This document shows, piece after piece, positions 14,792-28,297 of a stretch of 64,000 bases of DNA. How positions within the stretch are numbered: position 1 is the first letter of the stretch; every line of letters starts with the position of its first letter. Source of the DNA: Eledone cirrhosa (taxonomy: Eukaryota); the NCBI GenBank assembly GCA_964016885.1, contig OZ024748.1:8060001-8124000 (forward strand). Reading direction: 5' to 3'. The position numbers were made by a program, and so were the translations under genes. The notes under the pieces are model-generated. The model did not search any database, was not told where the DNA came from, and was given only the letters and a program-made list of their open reading frames with translations.

Positions 14792-14883
14792 ACGGCAGAG
14801 CTCAAGCCGTTTCGACGGCTATTTCTGGACTCAGAAATAGCCGTCGAAACGGCTTGAACTCTGCCGTCGGGGTCATACTTTTT
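14792..14883. mobile_element. P1 fold-back, copy c (short)
   Basis: CGGCAGAGCTCAAGCCGTTTCGACGGCTATTTCTG and its inverse, in (TA)n. Confidence 0.65.
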
Positions 14884-14908
14884 CATATATATATATACAT
14901 ATATATAT

Positions 14909-14989
<81 letters not shown>

Positions 14990-15231
14990 TGTATTTAACC
15001 TTAACATTATATCGATCTGAATTCCCATCATAATTTACTCCCGATAATTTGATTTGATCGGTTGAGTTGCTTTGGTTGGTTGATGGAGGTATTTCTATTT
15101 TTAGCATCTTCCCGTCAAACTCCCTAATAAACTTATTTCGTCACGACACTATATATATAAGTAGTAACACAACTCGTCCCATGGACTGAGTGCTTTACCA
15201 CTACGGATATTACCTCCCAGTGTTCTACCTT

Positions 15232-15303
<72 letters not shown>

Positions 15304-15360
15304 TTTCAGAAGATCCCGTTAAGGGTGAAAGCAGCGATTCCTTGCTTAAACTTTAATCTG

Positions 15361-15402
<42 letters not shown>

Positions 15403-15410
15403 AGAGAGAA

Positions 15411-15491
<81 letters not shown>

Positions 15492-15756
15492 GAGACATTT
15501 AAATAATACATAGTATATTGGCAAGAGAAAATAGGTGTACACTCTGTTGCCATGCAGTATTTGCCCTACATGTGTAATCAGCTGTAAAGCTTCGATTAAT
15601 TGAGAATTTCTAAAACATTAGACAGGTGCTAGCTTCGGGAAAGTTTTAACTGTAAAAACAAGAAGAAAAGATAATTTCAGTTCGATCAGTTAATCGAAGA
15701 TTTTGGACAATACAACCAAAAACAATGCTGACTGGACTACGGGCATTGATAGATAA

Positions 15757-15837
<81 letters not shown>

Positions 15838-15841
<4 letters not shown>

Positions 15842-15948
15842 TGTTTCTACTTTTGGCACAAGGCCATCAATTATCCCAGTGCATTACTGGTACTTTATTT
15901 TATCGACCTCGTAAGGATGAAAGGCAAAGTCAACCTCGGCGGGATTTG
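15838..15948 (-). mobile_element. 5'-truncated SINE family A within (GATA)n
   Basis: Reverse core and tail. Confidence 0.8.
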
Positions 15949-18145
15949 TAGATAGATAATATCGGTAGGTAAGTCCTCCGGCGACCTGTTCAGCGGAACT
16001 AGCCTGGAAGTTCTGGTCCAAATGACATCAGAACGAATAGCTAGGATCCCGGAACGTTTGCTGCTGGATGGGCTTATATACATAAACATTTCGGTCGAGG
16101 GTAGGCGGCCTTCATGTTACCACTGCTTAAGTAGGGTCACCTGAGAGCTTAGATAGATAGATAAACAGGCAGGTAGATAAGTAGGGAGGTAGATAGATAA
16201 ATAGATAGATAGATAGATAGTTGCATACAAACCATCCATCAAGTGATCCAACCATACATACATACATACATACATACATACATACATACATACATACATA
16301 CATACATACATACATACATACATACATACATACATAGTTTTGCATTTACATGAATTCAATGCTAGATGAATATATAATGAATAGAAAGAAATTATTTCTG
16401 CTGAAAGGTTAACTCTTCTTAATTGTATTGTGTGAACTATTCAAAGTAGAAAGGTGTTATTGTTATTCTTAACCACTCTAACTATGAAGGAGACATTTTT
16501 ATAACAATCAGTTGGAATTCTAAAACTAAATCTGGATTGAAAATATCCGATAACGGTCGGTGTTCATTGTTATTCAGAAATCGCGTTTAACAAATTGAAT
16601 GATTTAAGTTGGGGTTTATCAAACAAGTATTATATTTTTTTAGTTATGTTTTTATTTTATTCAAGATATTTCATAACGGAAATATTAACTGCCATACTTC
16701 AGCCATGTCAATGGCACGGCCTATCTCTGTTTAAAATTAACTAATTTAGCCTCTTGAGATTGGCAATTTAGCCACGCTGCTCTATTATTCACTCTTAGAA
16801 ATAAGTGGTACCATGCTAAGCAAAAAAAGTCAGTCAACAAATTTTACGATTTATCGAGGCATTTCGATTATTTGAAATTTGAAATGTTGAAATCCAAACA
16901 CAAATTCACTACAATTCATAGTATCAGAGAACCGGCTAAAATTTCCTTAGAGACAGAAAATAAACTATCTTATAGTTTCCTAATAGGGACATAAACTGTA
17001 GTCAGCTACCATTTAGTGTAAAGACATTTCCGAGACACATTATTTTGTATTATATGACAACAATCCACACGGTGTGGGCTTTTTACTCGCCCAGTCTGTC
17101 TTTTTCTCATGTATACCACCTCGTTTCTCTCAGTATTTCATAATGCTGGTATAACTTCCAGTATTTATAATCCCCATCTTTGTCAGGCCTGTGTATGTAG
17201 TCTTTTCATCAAACAATTTCCTATAATTAAGTGTAGTATGTCTCGGTTTCAGCGGCACTTTGGGAATCTGATCTCGAAACTCTCCATGTCTTGTTTTATT
17301 GTCAGCTGTATAAACAGTTCTCAAGATCTTCCTTTGCAGAAGGATTTTAGGGACTTTCAAGTGTCAAAGAATCTTGCTCTTCTCCTAATTACCTTCCGGA
17401 GCTTGTCTCATTACACATTTTATGGATATCAGATAATAAGAATGATTACAGAATCTAGTAAGAGACAAACCTTAAACCTCGTATATATCTATGACGTCAT
17501 GTAATCACATTTACGAATAAAGTAAATTCTAGAAATATAAAAGCAATATTCTTCACCACATGGAACCATCGTTATTCAAGATTTCCGTACAGAAATACAC
17601 AAAAGAGTTCCAGGTTTACCAATCATTTCCATTCCTGGCATTGAAATACCAAAGTAAAACAACATTTATTTCAGTATTTTTCCGACTACTTTCACCTGGA
17701 GATACAATGTAGTTTTGTTTTCACGATGATTGGTCAAATGTAAAAATGAGGCTCTTATTGGAGTGGAGAATAACACAGTCTTTCAAGTGCAGTCGCAGAA
17801 TCATTAATCCTTTGTTTCAGAGAATCTTTTTATAATACCATACTATACATTCCAGAACGAACTACAAACTCAACACGTGTTTCCATTCGTTCTTCTTTTA
17901 ATGTCCCCCCACCTTTAAAATAGTGTCACTATAGCCATTCATTTTAAATTGACATACACCTTCCTTGAGGGTGCCCCGATTGTGATAGTGTCATGACACC
18001 AGGAAGACGGCGCCCCAACTCCCATAGCGTCGTAGTAGCAAAAGAGGAAGATCACTGATTCATATAACAACACTTTTTGAATATCTAATCTGGTTCCTAT
18101 ATTGGAGTTCTGTCTGCCAGTGTCCTTTATTATTATTATTATTGA

Positions 18146-18334
18146 AAGGGCGGTGGATTGGCAGTATCGGTAGAGAGTCGGACACCATGCTTTGAAGCAT
18201 AGAGTTACGTCCCTTTATGATCTGAGTTCAAATCCCGCCGAAATTAACTTTGCCTTTCCTCCTTACGGGGTTGATAAAATAAAGTACCAGTAATGTACTG
18301 GGTAATTTCTGCCCTTGTGCCTAAAATAGAAACA
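18146..18334 (+). mobile_element. SINE family A, full length, inserted in (ATT)n
   Basis: Matches the 33570 copy. TSD ATTATTATTATTGA on both sides. Confidence 0.88.
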
Positions 18335-18581
18335 ATTATTATTATTGACTAGCTATTCAAGTGCTTTTACTGTTTCTGTTCACCTCAATCGTTTATTTCA
18401 TGAGATTCTTCCACTGATTCTTCTAACCGTTCGCCTCTATTATTCGTCTTTGTAATGGAATACAATTAAATATTGCATGCAAACATCGCTAAAGAAAACA
18501 CCGCCTGGACGAAGTGAAAACAACAGAAGACAAAATGAAAGACAGACAAGATTCTATCAGACGTAGAAGGAGAGAGAGAAA

Positions 18582-18659
<78 letters not shown>

Positions 18660-18989
18660 AGGAAAGCCTAAATAAATATATTCTCATTTGAGTGTTAAAA
18701 AATCGCCAAATCAAAAAGAATAGATGATGAATAGTAAGTAGTCGAACATTTAATCAACATAAATCTAAAGATCGGACCAGCTATGTTCATCTTGGAAGTT
18801 GGCAAGAATATGTTACAAGTAGAAAAGACAAGAGAATCAATGAAAGGTGAGAAAACAAACTGTAAGAGAATAAATATTAACAGAAGTAATAAATATGTGT
18901 AGAAATATTGACAGGAATATTAAATAGAAACATCCTACGTCTAATAACAAGCGTAGCAACTGTAGTGTGTGAGAGTAGACAAATACTAA

Positions 18990-19154
18990 CAACTACCACC
19001 ACCATACCATCACTACTATTGCTACTATTACCACCATCACTACTACTACTACTACTACTACTACTACCACTGCTACTACTATTACTACTACTACTACTAC
19101 TACTACTACAACTACTACTACTACTACTACTACTACTACCACTGCTACTACTAT

Positions 19155-19214
<60 letters not shown>

Positions 19215-19262
19215 CTCTACTAATACCACCACTACCACCACTACCACTACCACTACTATTAC
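18990..19262. repeat. (TAC)n/(CAC)n microsatellite
   Basis: Directly visible. Similar tracts occur at 31246-31500 and 37577-37860. Confidence 0.95.
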
Positions 19263-19929
19263 CGCCATGTTTTATTGGCTGCCACATAAACTAAGAGGTA
19301 GGCGGAGAATTGACAGAGACGTTGGAACGTTAGATAGAATACTTTGTGATATTGGTTCCGATGTTGTGCTCTGAGTTCAAATGTCACGGAAGTCAGCGTT
19401 ACCTTTCAATCTGTTAAGGTCCAAGTCAAGTACTGGGTTACATTCTTCCTTTATATTTCGTCCTCTCTTTCTATCACTCACCCTCTCTTACTTCTCTGGA
19501 AGAAATCTTCTCTGTTCAGATCTGGAAAACTGATGGGTTCCGCGGGCTTTAAAAAAATTGCTTAAGAAACACCGTATCTCACTGCAGCGCCCCTAAGACT
19601 CTACTAAGAGGTCCGGGTGCATGCATACATAACTAAAAGAACACAGTATGGTATAATGCTGAAGGAATTCGCTCTGCAACCATTGAGGACCGAGTTTGAT
19701 CCCACAGTGTGACATATTGAGCAAGTTTCATTGAACATTCCACTGGGTCAACCAAAGGGAATTTGGGTAAACAGAAATTGGTTGAAAGCTCGTTGGGTGG
19801 ACTGTAATTCAATGGACCAGACTTGTCACACACACTCTCATGCTGAAACTCACCGAGAATTACGTTAAGGGTTTACGTGTCTGTGGTATGTGGGTTTACG
19901 TGCCGATGCTGTGTCGACAATTAAGAGAA

Positions 19930-20460
19930 AGTCATTTCAACAAACAGCAAAGATAACATATCTGGAATCTATCCAATCAGATGAACGATAAATGGGAATC
20001 ATATATCAAAAGATGAATTGAGAAAGTCATTTGAAAAAAAAATGTTAAACATACTACACACAGAAACATTAAAACCAGAAGAAAAAAACTCTTATGTGTG
20101 ATCTTCTCTACTGTATAAAGTTGAAACATGGACATTAATAAAAGTATTATGAAATAGATTACAAGCCTTTGAAATGTTGGGCTTATATAGGAGATCTTTG
20201 AAATTATCATGGACAGAAGACAAAACCTACGACGAAAAACTAAAAATGACAAAAACGAAGAACATTTTATTAGACATCATCAAAGAGAGAAAACTAAAAT
20301 ATCTTGGACATTTAATTAGAAGAATGGTTTACAAAGGCTGCTGCTGATAGAGAGGAAAATGACTGGGAAGAGAGGAGGAGCAAGCCAAAAAATTAGATGG
20401 ATGATTAATCTCAAGAATTAGACAGGCGGAAAGTACCAAATAAGAACAGTAAAGACTGAA
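19930..20460 (+). pseudogene. Decayed RTE-clade LINE, C-terminal part of the ORF
   Basis: Fragments translate as ..SLLY.VETWTL.., LQAFEM..YRR.LKLSWTE and KLKYLGHLIRR, with frameshifts and stops. Confidence 0.7.
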
Positions 20461-20559
20461 ATGGTGATAAATGTCATTGAACTTCTTGAAAAGAAACCAG
20501 TCTTGAAGGTGATGACAACTGCCCCCCTACGTCTTGGGCCCTTCAGGCCAATTATTATT

Positions 20560-20779
20560 AAAATCCCGCCGAGGTTAGCTTTGCCTTTCATCCTTACGAG
20601 GTCGATAAAATAAAGTACCGGTAATGCACTGGGATAATTGCTGGCCAAAACACGGCCCTTTACGTTTTGACTTCATATCCCGCAGGGGTTAGTTTTGCCT
20701 TTCATCCTTACAGTGGGGGCGATCTAATCGATTTTACCCTGCCCCAAAATTACTGGCCTTGTGCCTATAGTAGAAATCA
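20560..20779 (+). mobile_element. Two SINE family A fragments
   Basis: The core occurs twice. The second ends CCTTGTGCCTATAGTAGAAATC(ATT)5. Confidence 0.7.
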
Positions 20780-20796
20780 TTATTATTATTATTATT

Positions 20797-21375
20797 TTGT
20801 AACCATATTTTGTTATGTAGAGTGCTAAAGACAGCGATGTGAGAGCAATGCAAAATATCAGAGGAGAAAACGAATTACCCTGAAAAATACCACAGTTAAT
20901 GTTGCTGGAATTTATAGCTCCATCACTGAGAATGATAGATTTGTATTCCATAGAGACATGTTGTATTTCAGGAAGTTTGGTAGTTTAATATTACTTGGGA
21001 AATTTTGGGAACATCCAACATTTTCACAATCCTTGAGTGGGGAACTCTATCAAATGCTTTTTTAATAGTCAATACAAGAAGTACTCAAACTTCTGTGCTT
21101 ATAATGACAGTTTTCCAGAATTATATGGTTAATGAGAAGTTGGTCTTTGCAACCGGAAGACCCACGAAAACAACCTTTCTGCTCAATAGGGAAAAGTTGA
21201 TTTTATTAGGGCCATGTTGGAGACTTGTTACTCGGAGTTTCTTCAGTGTACCCATGAGCTTATCAGACATGAAACCATGTATAATACAACTACCTGGTAT
21301 TTGGCCTTTAGAGGGACCCCACTCTCTACCAAACATTCTGACCAGGGTAGATTCTTTCCTTTCGACCTGCCAATA
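20797..21375 (-). pseudogene. Decayed R4/Dong-type LINE reverse-transcriptase fragment
   Basis: Minus-strand translations EQKGCFRGSSGCKDQLLINHI, KAFDRVPHS and INCGIFQGNSFSPLIFCIAL...GYK, with frameshifts. The left end joins an (ATT)n tract. Confidence 0.8.
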
Positions 21376-21863
21376 ACCAGACCTCTTCCACCTTCAATAA
21401 ATCATAGATATATATTTGTGTATGTGCTAGTGTATGTTGGGGGGAGGGGTCTGTCAATGTGTGTGGGTGTGTTAGTCGATGGTTGTGTCAGTGGGTTTTG
21501 TCAATGAGTTTGTCGGTGTCAGTGTGTGTGTTAGTGTGTGTATGTTAGTATGCGTCAGTAGGTATGTGCGTGTATCAGTGTGTACGTGTGTCAGTAGGTG
21601 TATATATATATATATATGTATATATATGTGTATGTATGTAAGTGTATGCATGTGTGTGTATGTATGTATATGTTTATATATATATATGTGCGTGTATGTG
21701 TATATTTCCCTATTATAACAGAACTACTTTAAGTTATCTGTTACGTTCAAAGGTTTTCCCTAAATACTCATTATTTTCTTTAAAAACCTAATTAAGTTTA
21801 CAAGGGGTTGGATATACTTTTAGTTCTACACACACGCACACGTACACACACACACACACACAG

Positions 21864-21962
<99 letters not shown>

Positions 21963-22211
21963 TATGTATTTATATCTATATATCTATATTTATATATTTA
22001 TATTTATATATCTATGTGTGTGAGAGAGAAAGGGAGATATTATATATATATATATATATATATAATTAAAGTATGTATCAGTTTATCACCAACACTATTG
22101 TATGTATGCAGAGTAGAGCACTCAACGAAGTACACAAGTAGGTCTGTTTACTCCAGAGTGTAATTATAATACAAGTCAACAGGTTATAATTCACCTCATT
22201 TATTCACAATC

Positions 22212-22270
22212 GCTGTCATATGTATTTCGATGATAGCCGTTATGCAACAGTTAAGACTTCATCAGAGAGC
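22212..22270 (-). ncRNA. Degenerate hammerhead-like motif
   Basis: GCUCU-CUGAUGA...CGAAAUACAUA-UGACAGC; stem II is poorly paired. Confidence 0.35.
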
Positions 22271-22569
22271 TAGATAATAAACAGAAAAATACCCCCCCCC
22301 CCCAAAAAAAAAAGCAACACCAAATATCAGCCCGAGGCATATCAATAAATCGAAACAACACAAGTAATTCTTATTTCTTCTCCATGTTTTTGTGTAAGCA
22401 GCTATGTATGTATTTATCTAAATACGAACTTCATCAGGCCACAATAACGCCCCAAAAATGTGTACATACTTATACATGTGTGTGACAGCTCGCACCTATG
22501 CAGGTTTAGCTGGCCTCCTCCAAGGTATATCTCGTTGGAGGTGTCTTGGGTAGTTTAACGATAGGGCCC

Positions 22570-22725
22570 CCAGTCCTATCATTTCATTTCTGGGGCTGAG
22601 TAAACTGGAGCAACGTGAAATAAAGTGTCTTCCTCAAAGAAACAACACATCACCCGGTCCGAGAATTGAACTCACAACCTTTCGATTGCAAGCACAATGG
22701 TTTAACCACTAAGCCATGTGCCTTC
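22570..22725 (-). mobile_element. SINE family B, 5' part
   Basis: Reverse complement of the tRNA head plus TTTATTTCACGTTGCTCCAGTTTACTCAGC, shared with the 12892 and 24540 copies. Confidence 0.7.
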
Positions 22726-22995
22726 ACTCATATATATATTATATATATATATATATATATGCATATATATATTATATATATACATACACACACGCGCGCA
22801 CACACACACACACATATATATATATAATTGTACATACAGGCACACAGTCGTACATGCATACGTACAGATACATACACATACACGCACACACATATATATA
22901 TATATGCATGTAAAAGAGTCTGCAATATTCGCCTGATACTATGAGTTGTCTGTTTGCACACACGCATATATGTGCGTGTGTGCGTGTGCGTGTGC

Positions 22996-23045
<50 letters not shown>

Positions 23046-23069
23046 CGGGTTCAATTGGGTGTAACTACA

Positions 23070-23240
23070 GTTAGTAAGGTACTCAATACATTAGTAGAGT
23101 CTAAACAACATGTTTTATATAGAAACGGCTTCTACAGGACTAGAACTGTTTCATTCAAAAGAAATCAGGCTTTCCTGGTGATTTCTTTTGTTGCATGGAA
23201 CAGTTCTAGTCCTGTAGAAGCCATTTCTATATTAAACATT
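23070..23240. mobile_element. Penelope-like fold-back, family P2
   Basis: CTTCTACAGGACTAGAACTGTT and its inverse AACAGTTCTAGTCCTGTAGAAG; homologous to 23990-24140. Confidence 0.6.
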
Positions 23241-23550
23241 ATATATACTCTTTTACTCTTTTACCTGTTTCAGCCATCCGGCTGAGGCCATGCTGGGGCA
23301 CCGCCCTTGGTATATATATATATATATATATTTAAAAGAATAGAGGTGTAACACACAAGTTATGATATATTGGTAAACGGAAAAGAAAATGCTGACAAAT
23401 TGTTCACAGTGAAAAATAGTTTAATTAGGAATAAGTGAGAATTAGTAATAGTATTGGTTAGTATTCAGTTTTTGGTTTTAAGTTTTACCGGTTGCGCATT
23501 TCTAATGCTTTTCAAAAATAATTTTGAGATAGAGCGTCCGTGATGTTTGC

Positions 23551-23587
<37 letters not shown>

Positions 23588-23782
23588 GTTTAATATAGAA
23601 ATTGTGTTGTTATTTCTGGTTACCTTTTACATACATATATATATATGTGTGTAGAAGTTATATTTAATTTGTTGGGATACAACAAGCAAATATTTTTATA
23701 ACTGATATAAAGCACTCAACAAATTATTGGAGTAAAAATACAATATATTAACAAATGGAAACTATATTTATAAAATCATATT

Positions 23783-23847
23783 TATTTCATTATACATATT
23801 TCAAGGACACCAAGGCAAATTATGGGGCGCTTTCATCAGATAAAATA
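23783..23847 (-). ncRNA. Hammerhead ribozyme motif (family P3)
   Basis: UAUUUUAU-CUGAUGA-AAG...CUU-GAAA-UAUGUAUA/AUGAAAUA. Confidence 0.6.
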
Positions 23848-23889
23848 TAATATAGATCAGTTTTATAAATAAATATTGACATACCCTTA

Positions 23890-24140
23890 AAGAATGCGAC
23901 CATTTCTGTTGGAAGCTCCCGGATAGTGGAGCTTCCAACAGAAATGGTCGCATTCTAAGTAAGGTACTCAATACATGGTCGCATTCTAAGTAAGGTACTC
24001 AATACATAGCAGAGTATAAAAGTTTTAATATAGATGAGATTCTACAGGACTAGAACTGTTTCATTCTTTAGAAATCATCAGGAATCCTGATGATTTCTAA
24101 AGAATGAAACAGTTCTAGTCCTGTAGAATCTCATCTATAT
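23890..24140. mobile_element. Penelope-like family P2 insertion with two hairpins and a 32-bp duplication
   Basis: Hairpin at about 23890-23957; direct repeat ATGGTCGCATTCTAAGTAAGGTACTCAATAC; hairpin at about 24029-24140. Confidence 0.6.
24083..24130 (+). ncRNA. Hammerhead ribozyme motif inside a fold-back (family P2)
   Basis: CUGAUGA-uUUC-uaaa-GAAu-GAAACAG-uucuaguc-CUGUA/GAAUC. Mirrored on the minus strand at about 24035-24081. Confidence 0.55.
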
Positions 24141-24429
24141 ATATATATATATATATTTTAAAGTTAAACAAGGTTCAATGAATACATCAAAGAATGAGTT
24201 TTACAATAGATTGGAAGCACTCAAAAGAAAAATGTTTTTCAGAGTTATTGCTATTAATTCAAATGTATTTGTTTAAGCTGTATTACACGCACCCTCTCTA
24301 TTGTTTGTATTATATGTTTTTCTCATGTTCTCAATGTTAGGGTATAAATATTGAGTTTTGTCATATGTTAATCACTACCATGACTGAATCTTAACCATCT
24401 ACTATGTCAGGATATGTCATGCATCATCT

Positions 24430-24496
24430 TATTTTATCTGATGAGGACGTACTGTTGAACTTAACTCAGTACCTCTGAAATATGTATAATAAAATA
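24430..24496 (+). ncRNA. Hammerhead ribozyme motif (P3-related)
   Basis: UAUUUUAU-CUGAUGA-ggacGUACUG..CAGUACcucu-GAAA-UAUGUAUA/AUAAAAUA; perfect 8-bp stem I. Confidence 0.65.
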
Positions 24497-24537
24497 TAAT
24501 TGATCACATTTTGTTAATATTTTGAATTAATATTATA

Positions 24538-24852
24538 TATGGTTATAGCATTGGCCTTGCAATCGAAAGGTTGTGAGTTCAATTCTCAGACTGGGTGATG
24601 TGTTGTTTCCTTGAGCAAGACACTTTATTTCACATTGCTCCAGTTTACTCAGCTGTAGAAATGAGATGATAGGCACTGGGGTCCATATCATTCCACTGCA
24701 AAGTGGTCGTGGAGGTGCCATGGCAAAAAAAGCACCCAGCACTCACTGTAAATGAGGTTGGTGTTAGGAAGGGCATCCAGCTGTAGTAGAAATCAAGCCC
24801 ACCCTTGCAAGCAGGGAAAAGTGGACGTAAAATGAAATGATGATGATGATGA
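24538..24852 (+). mobile_element. SINE with family B head and a different 3' half, ending in (GAT)n
   Basis: Head and core as in 12892; then GGAGGTGCCATGG..AGCACCCAGCAC..GGAAGGGCATCCAGCTGTAG..GGACGTAAAATG and a (GAT)n tail. Confidence 0.65.
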
Positions 24853-25089
24853 TATATATATATATATATGTGTATGTATGTATGTGTGTACATGTGTGTA
24901 AGTGTGTATGTATATGTATGTGTGTGTATATGTATGTGTGTCAATGCTAAGTGGAGAAACTCTCATGTTTAGAATCATTCTGTCTTCTTATCTTTCTTCT
25001 CTCTATCTCCTTTTAATTCTTCTTTACCATTTCTTTCTCTATTTCTCTTTCTTCCATAACTCAAATTACACCTCGGCCAAATATTTCCT

Positions 25090-26700
25090 TGCTGTGTCTG
25101 TGTGTGTGCTTGTATGTGTGTAAGCTTGTGTGTGTGTGCTGGTCTGTGTGTTTGTGTGTGTGTATTGTCTGTGCTTGTGTCTGGGTGTGCTTGTATGTGT
25201 GCAAGCTTGTGTGTGTGTGTGTGTTTGTGTGTGTGTGCTGGTCTGTGTGTTTGCGTGTGGGTATTGTGTGTGCTTGTGTCTGTGTGCGCTTGTATGTGTG
25301 TAAGCTTGTGTGTGTGTGTGTGTATGTGTGTGTATGTGTGTGTATGTGTGTGTATGTGTGCTGGTCTGTATGTTTGCGTGTGTGTATTGTGTGTATGTGT
25401 GCTGGTGTGTGTGTTTGCTTGTGTGTATTGTGTGGGCTTGTGTCTGTATGTGCTTGCGTGTGTGTGTTTGAGCTGGTGAGTGTGTGTGTGTTTGTGTGTA
25501 TTGTGTGTAAGCTTGTGTGTGTGTGTGTGTGTTTGCTGGTGTGTGTGTGTGTATTGTGTGTACTTGTGTGTCTGTGTGTGTGTTGGTGTGTGTGTGTGTG
25601 TAAGCTTGTGTGTCTGCTGGTGTGTGTGTGTGTATTGTGTGTGCTTGTGTGTCTGCGTGTGTGTGTGTGTGTGTGTGTTTGTGTGTATTGTGTGTGTGTG
25701 TGTAAGCTTGTGTGTGTGCTGGTGTGTGTGTGTTTGTGTGTGCTTGTGCGCGGGTTTGTGTGTGTCTTTCTGTATTGTATGCAGGTGATAGTGTGCATGT
25801 GTGTATCTGAGTTCGTGTGCAGGTGTTTGCATGCATGTGAGTGTGTGTGCAGGTGTTTGCATGCATGTGCAGGTGTGAGTGTGCATGATGTGCATGTGAG
25901 TGTGTGTGCAGGTGTGTGTATGCATGTGCGTGTGTGTTTGTGCGTGTGTATTAATGTCAGCGTGTGTGAATGTATGTGCATGTGTGTGCATCTGTGTATG
26001 CATGATTATATGAACGTATGTGTGTGTGTGTGTGTTTATATAAATGCCTGTGTGTGTGTGTGTGTATGTGTATGTATTTGAGAATGCGTCCATCTAGTCA
26101 TGTATGTGTGTATCCCTGTGTCTGTGTGTATGTACTGCATACATGCGTGTGTATAAATGTGTGTATATGTATGTATAAGTGTGTACAATGTACATATATG
26201 TGTACGCGTGCTGCAGTGTTTGTATGTGTGCATGTGTGTACGTGTGTACGTGTGCATACATTGTGTGTGTGCATGTGTTTGCGTGTGTGCGCATTGCTTA
26301 TATGTATGTATATGTGTGTACAGTAAATGTGTGTATACATATGTGTACATATGTGTGCAATGCATGTATGTGTATACGTGTGCATATATATATATGTGCA
26401 TAGATGTGTGTACGGGTGCATACAGTGTATGTACATGTGTGTACGTGTGTGTACTGTGTATGCATGTGTCTGTACGTGTGTGTACTGTGTATGCATGTGT
26501 CTACGTGTGTCTACAGTGTTTGTATGTGTGTATATACATGCGTGTACATGTCCGTATACAATGTCTACTGTGTATATGTGTGCCTGCAGTGTATGCATGT
26601 ATGTATTCATGCACTGTATATATATTTGTGTGTGTGTGTGTGTATGTGTGTGTGTGTGTGCCTACGGTGTATGTGTGTGCATACATGCATGTATGTGTCG
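25090..26700. repeat. Cryptic (GT)n-derived low-complexity satellite
   Basis: TG repeats punctuated by recurring TAAGCTTG, GCTGGT and GTATTG words, then TGCA/TGTA variants. Confidence 0.9.
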
Positions 26701-26729
26701 GTGGTCCTGAATCTTTTCATATATATATC

Positions 26730-26819
<90 letters not shown>

Positions 26820-27934
26820 GGAATGTAGGGCTATAGATGATATATATATATATATATATATATAACTCTGTATAAAAATGCTGCAATGTTTATTGTTTTG
26901 AAGTGAAATAAAATGAATAGCTGGTGGAAATATTGGTGCAGCAAAAATATCGATATACAGAGAATAATATAACATAGAAGATAATTTTACTGTCTGGAGA
27001 TTAATCGAACGCAATTCTTAAAATCTAAACAATACATTTATGCAAAATGTAAACAAAGTCAGTTATTTACAAGAATTACTGTTTCTTCTGTTGATATAAT
27101 CTATCTATGTTGATAACATGCTCGTAGAAGGCTCCCTGGGAATCGATGAGGATTAAAATAAGATAAAATAAACGGTTGGTTAAATGTAGGAAAGAGAGGG
27201 AAAATAAAATATGTCACAATAATAATTTACATACCTCTCAGAAAAGTGACTAACAGTCCACAGTGATAGATGAGCAGCTATCCGTAAGTGCATTGCTTTG
27301 TTAAGAATGAAAGATAATATGAAAGCTGTCGGATAGATAGGAGTCTTTCGCAATTAGTTGAGAGAGGGAATCATTTCATGTCAGTAATCAGTGTGAGAAG
27401 AAGGCTAATTAGTAGGACTTTCTCACTAGAGCGTACGGACTTCGAAGACATGAGAAGCACATGGAGAACACTACTAGCTTTAACTGGTACAAGTAGATGT
27501 ATAAACGCGAAGGAATACCAATCAAGTATGTGCTTGGTATGTAAAAGAAGAAAAAAAAAAACTCATTGATTTCATTAGCCACATGCGTTAGCATCCATTG
27601 GCAACACTAGTCAGCAGCTAGGAGCCTGGCAGAGTAGTCCGAACGAGTAAGACTTAGTGGAGTAGAGAGAGATTTTTCAATGAATTACCAAAGAAGCCGT
27701 CGATTGGTTTTGTTGTGGTTTTCGTCGTCACTGTCATGTTTAACAGAATCAGTATTAACACCGTTTATATCGCCGTCGCCGTTACAATGAAGAACAAAAG
27801 GTTTACGGGATACGGAGTAGATAGTGAGTTCTACGTTCGATATCTGTTAGAACAGACTTATACTGCACAAACTTACCTTAAAACAAGCTTTGTTTTTATT
27901 CACCTCTATAAAGCTAGGCTTGGAGTTTCTTATT

Positions 27935-28297
27935 ATTGGCAGTATCGGTAGAGAGTCGCGCACCATGCTTCTCAGCATAATTACGGCTCTTTATGATCTA
28001 AGTTCAAATCCCACCGATGTTAACTTTGCCTTTCATTCTTACGGGGTCGATAAAATAAAGTACCAGTAATGCACTGGGTAATTTGCTGGTCTTGTGCCAA
28101 AAGTAGAAACAATTATTTATTTTTTTTATACTAGAAATATTTTATTTACAGTCATAATAATAATAATTGTTTCTACTTTTGGCACAAGGCTAGCAAATAC
28201 CCAGTGTATTACTGGTACTTTATTTTATCGACCCCGTAAGGATGAAAGGCAAAGTTAACCTCGGCGGGATTTGAACTCAGACCGTAAAGGGACGTAA
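27935..28297. mobile_element. Tail-to-tail pair of SINE family A copies (27935-28115 +, 28165-28297 -)
   Basis: Core and tail in opposite orientations; ATT/AAT flanks. Confidence 0.8.

Noticed and set aside
24975-27014. Long His/Thr- or Cys/Val-rich ORFs (up to 372 aa)
   Set aside because: These are translations of GT/CA low-complexity DNA, open in many frames on both strands.
27200-27690. Possible old LINE endonuclease remnants (also 7540-8830, 34440-35580, 41610-41990)
   Set aside because: Complex sequence, but no motif could be assigned by eye; needs a translated profile search.
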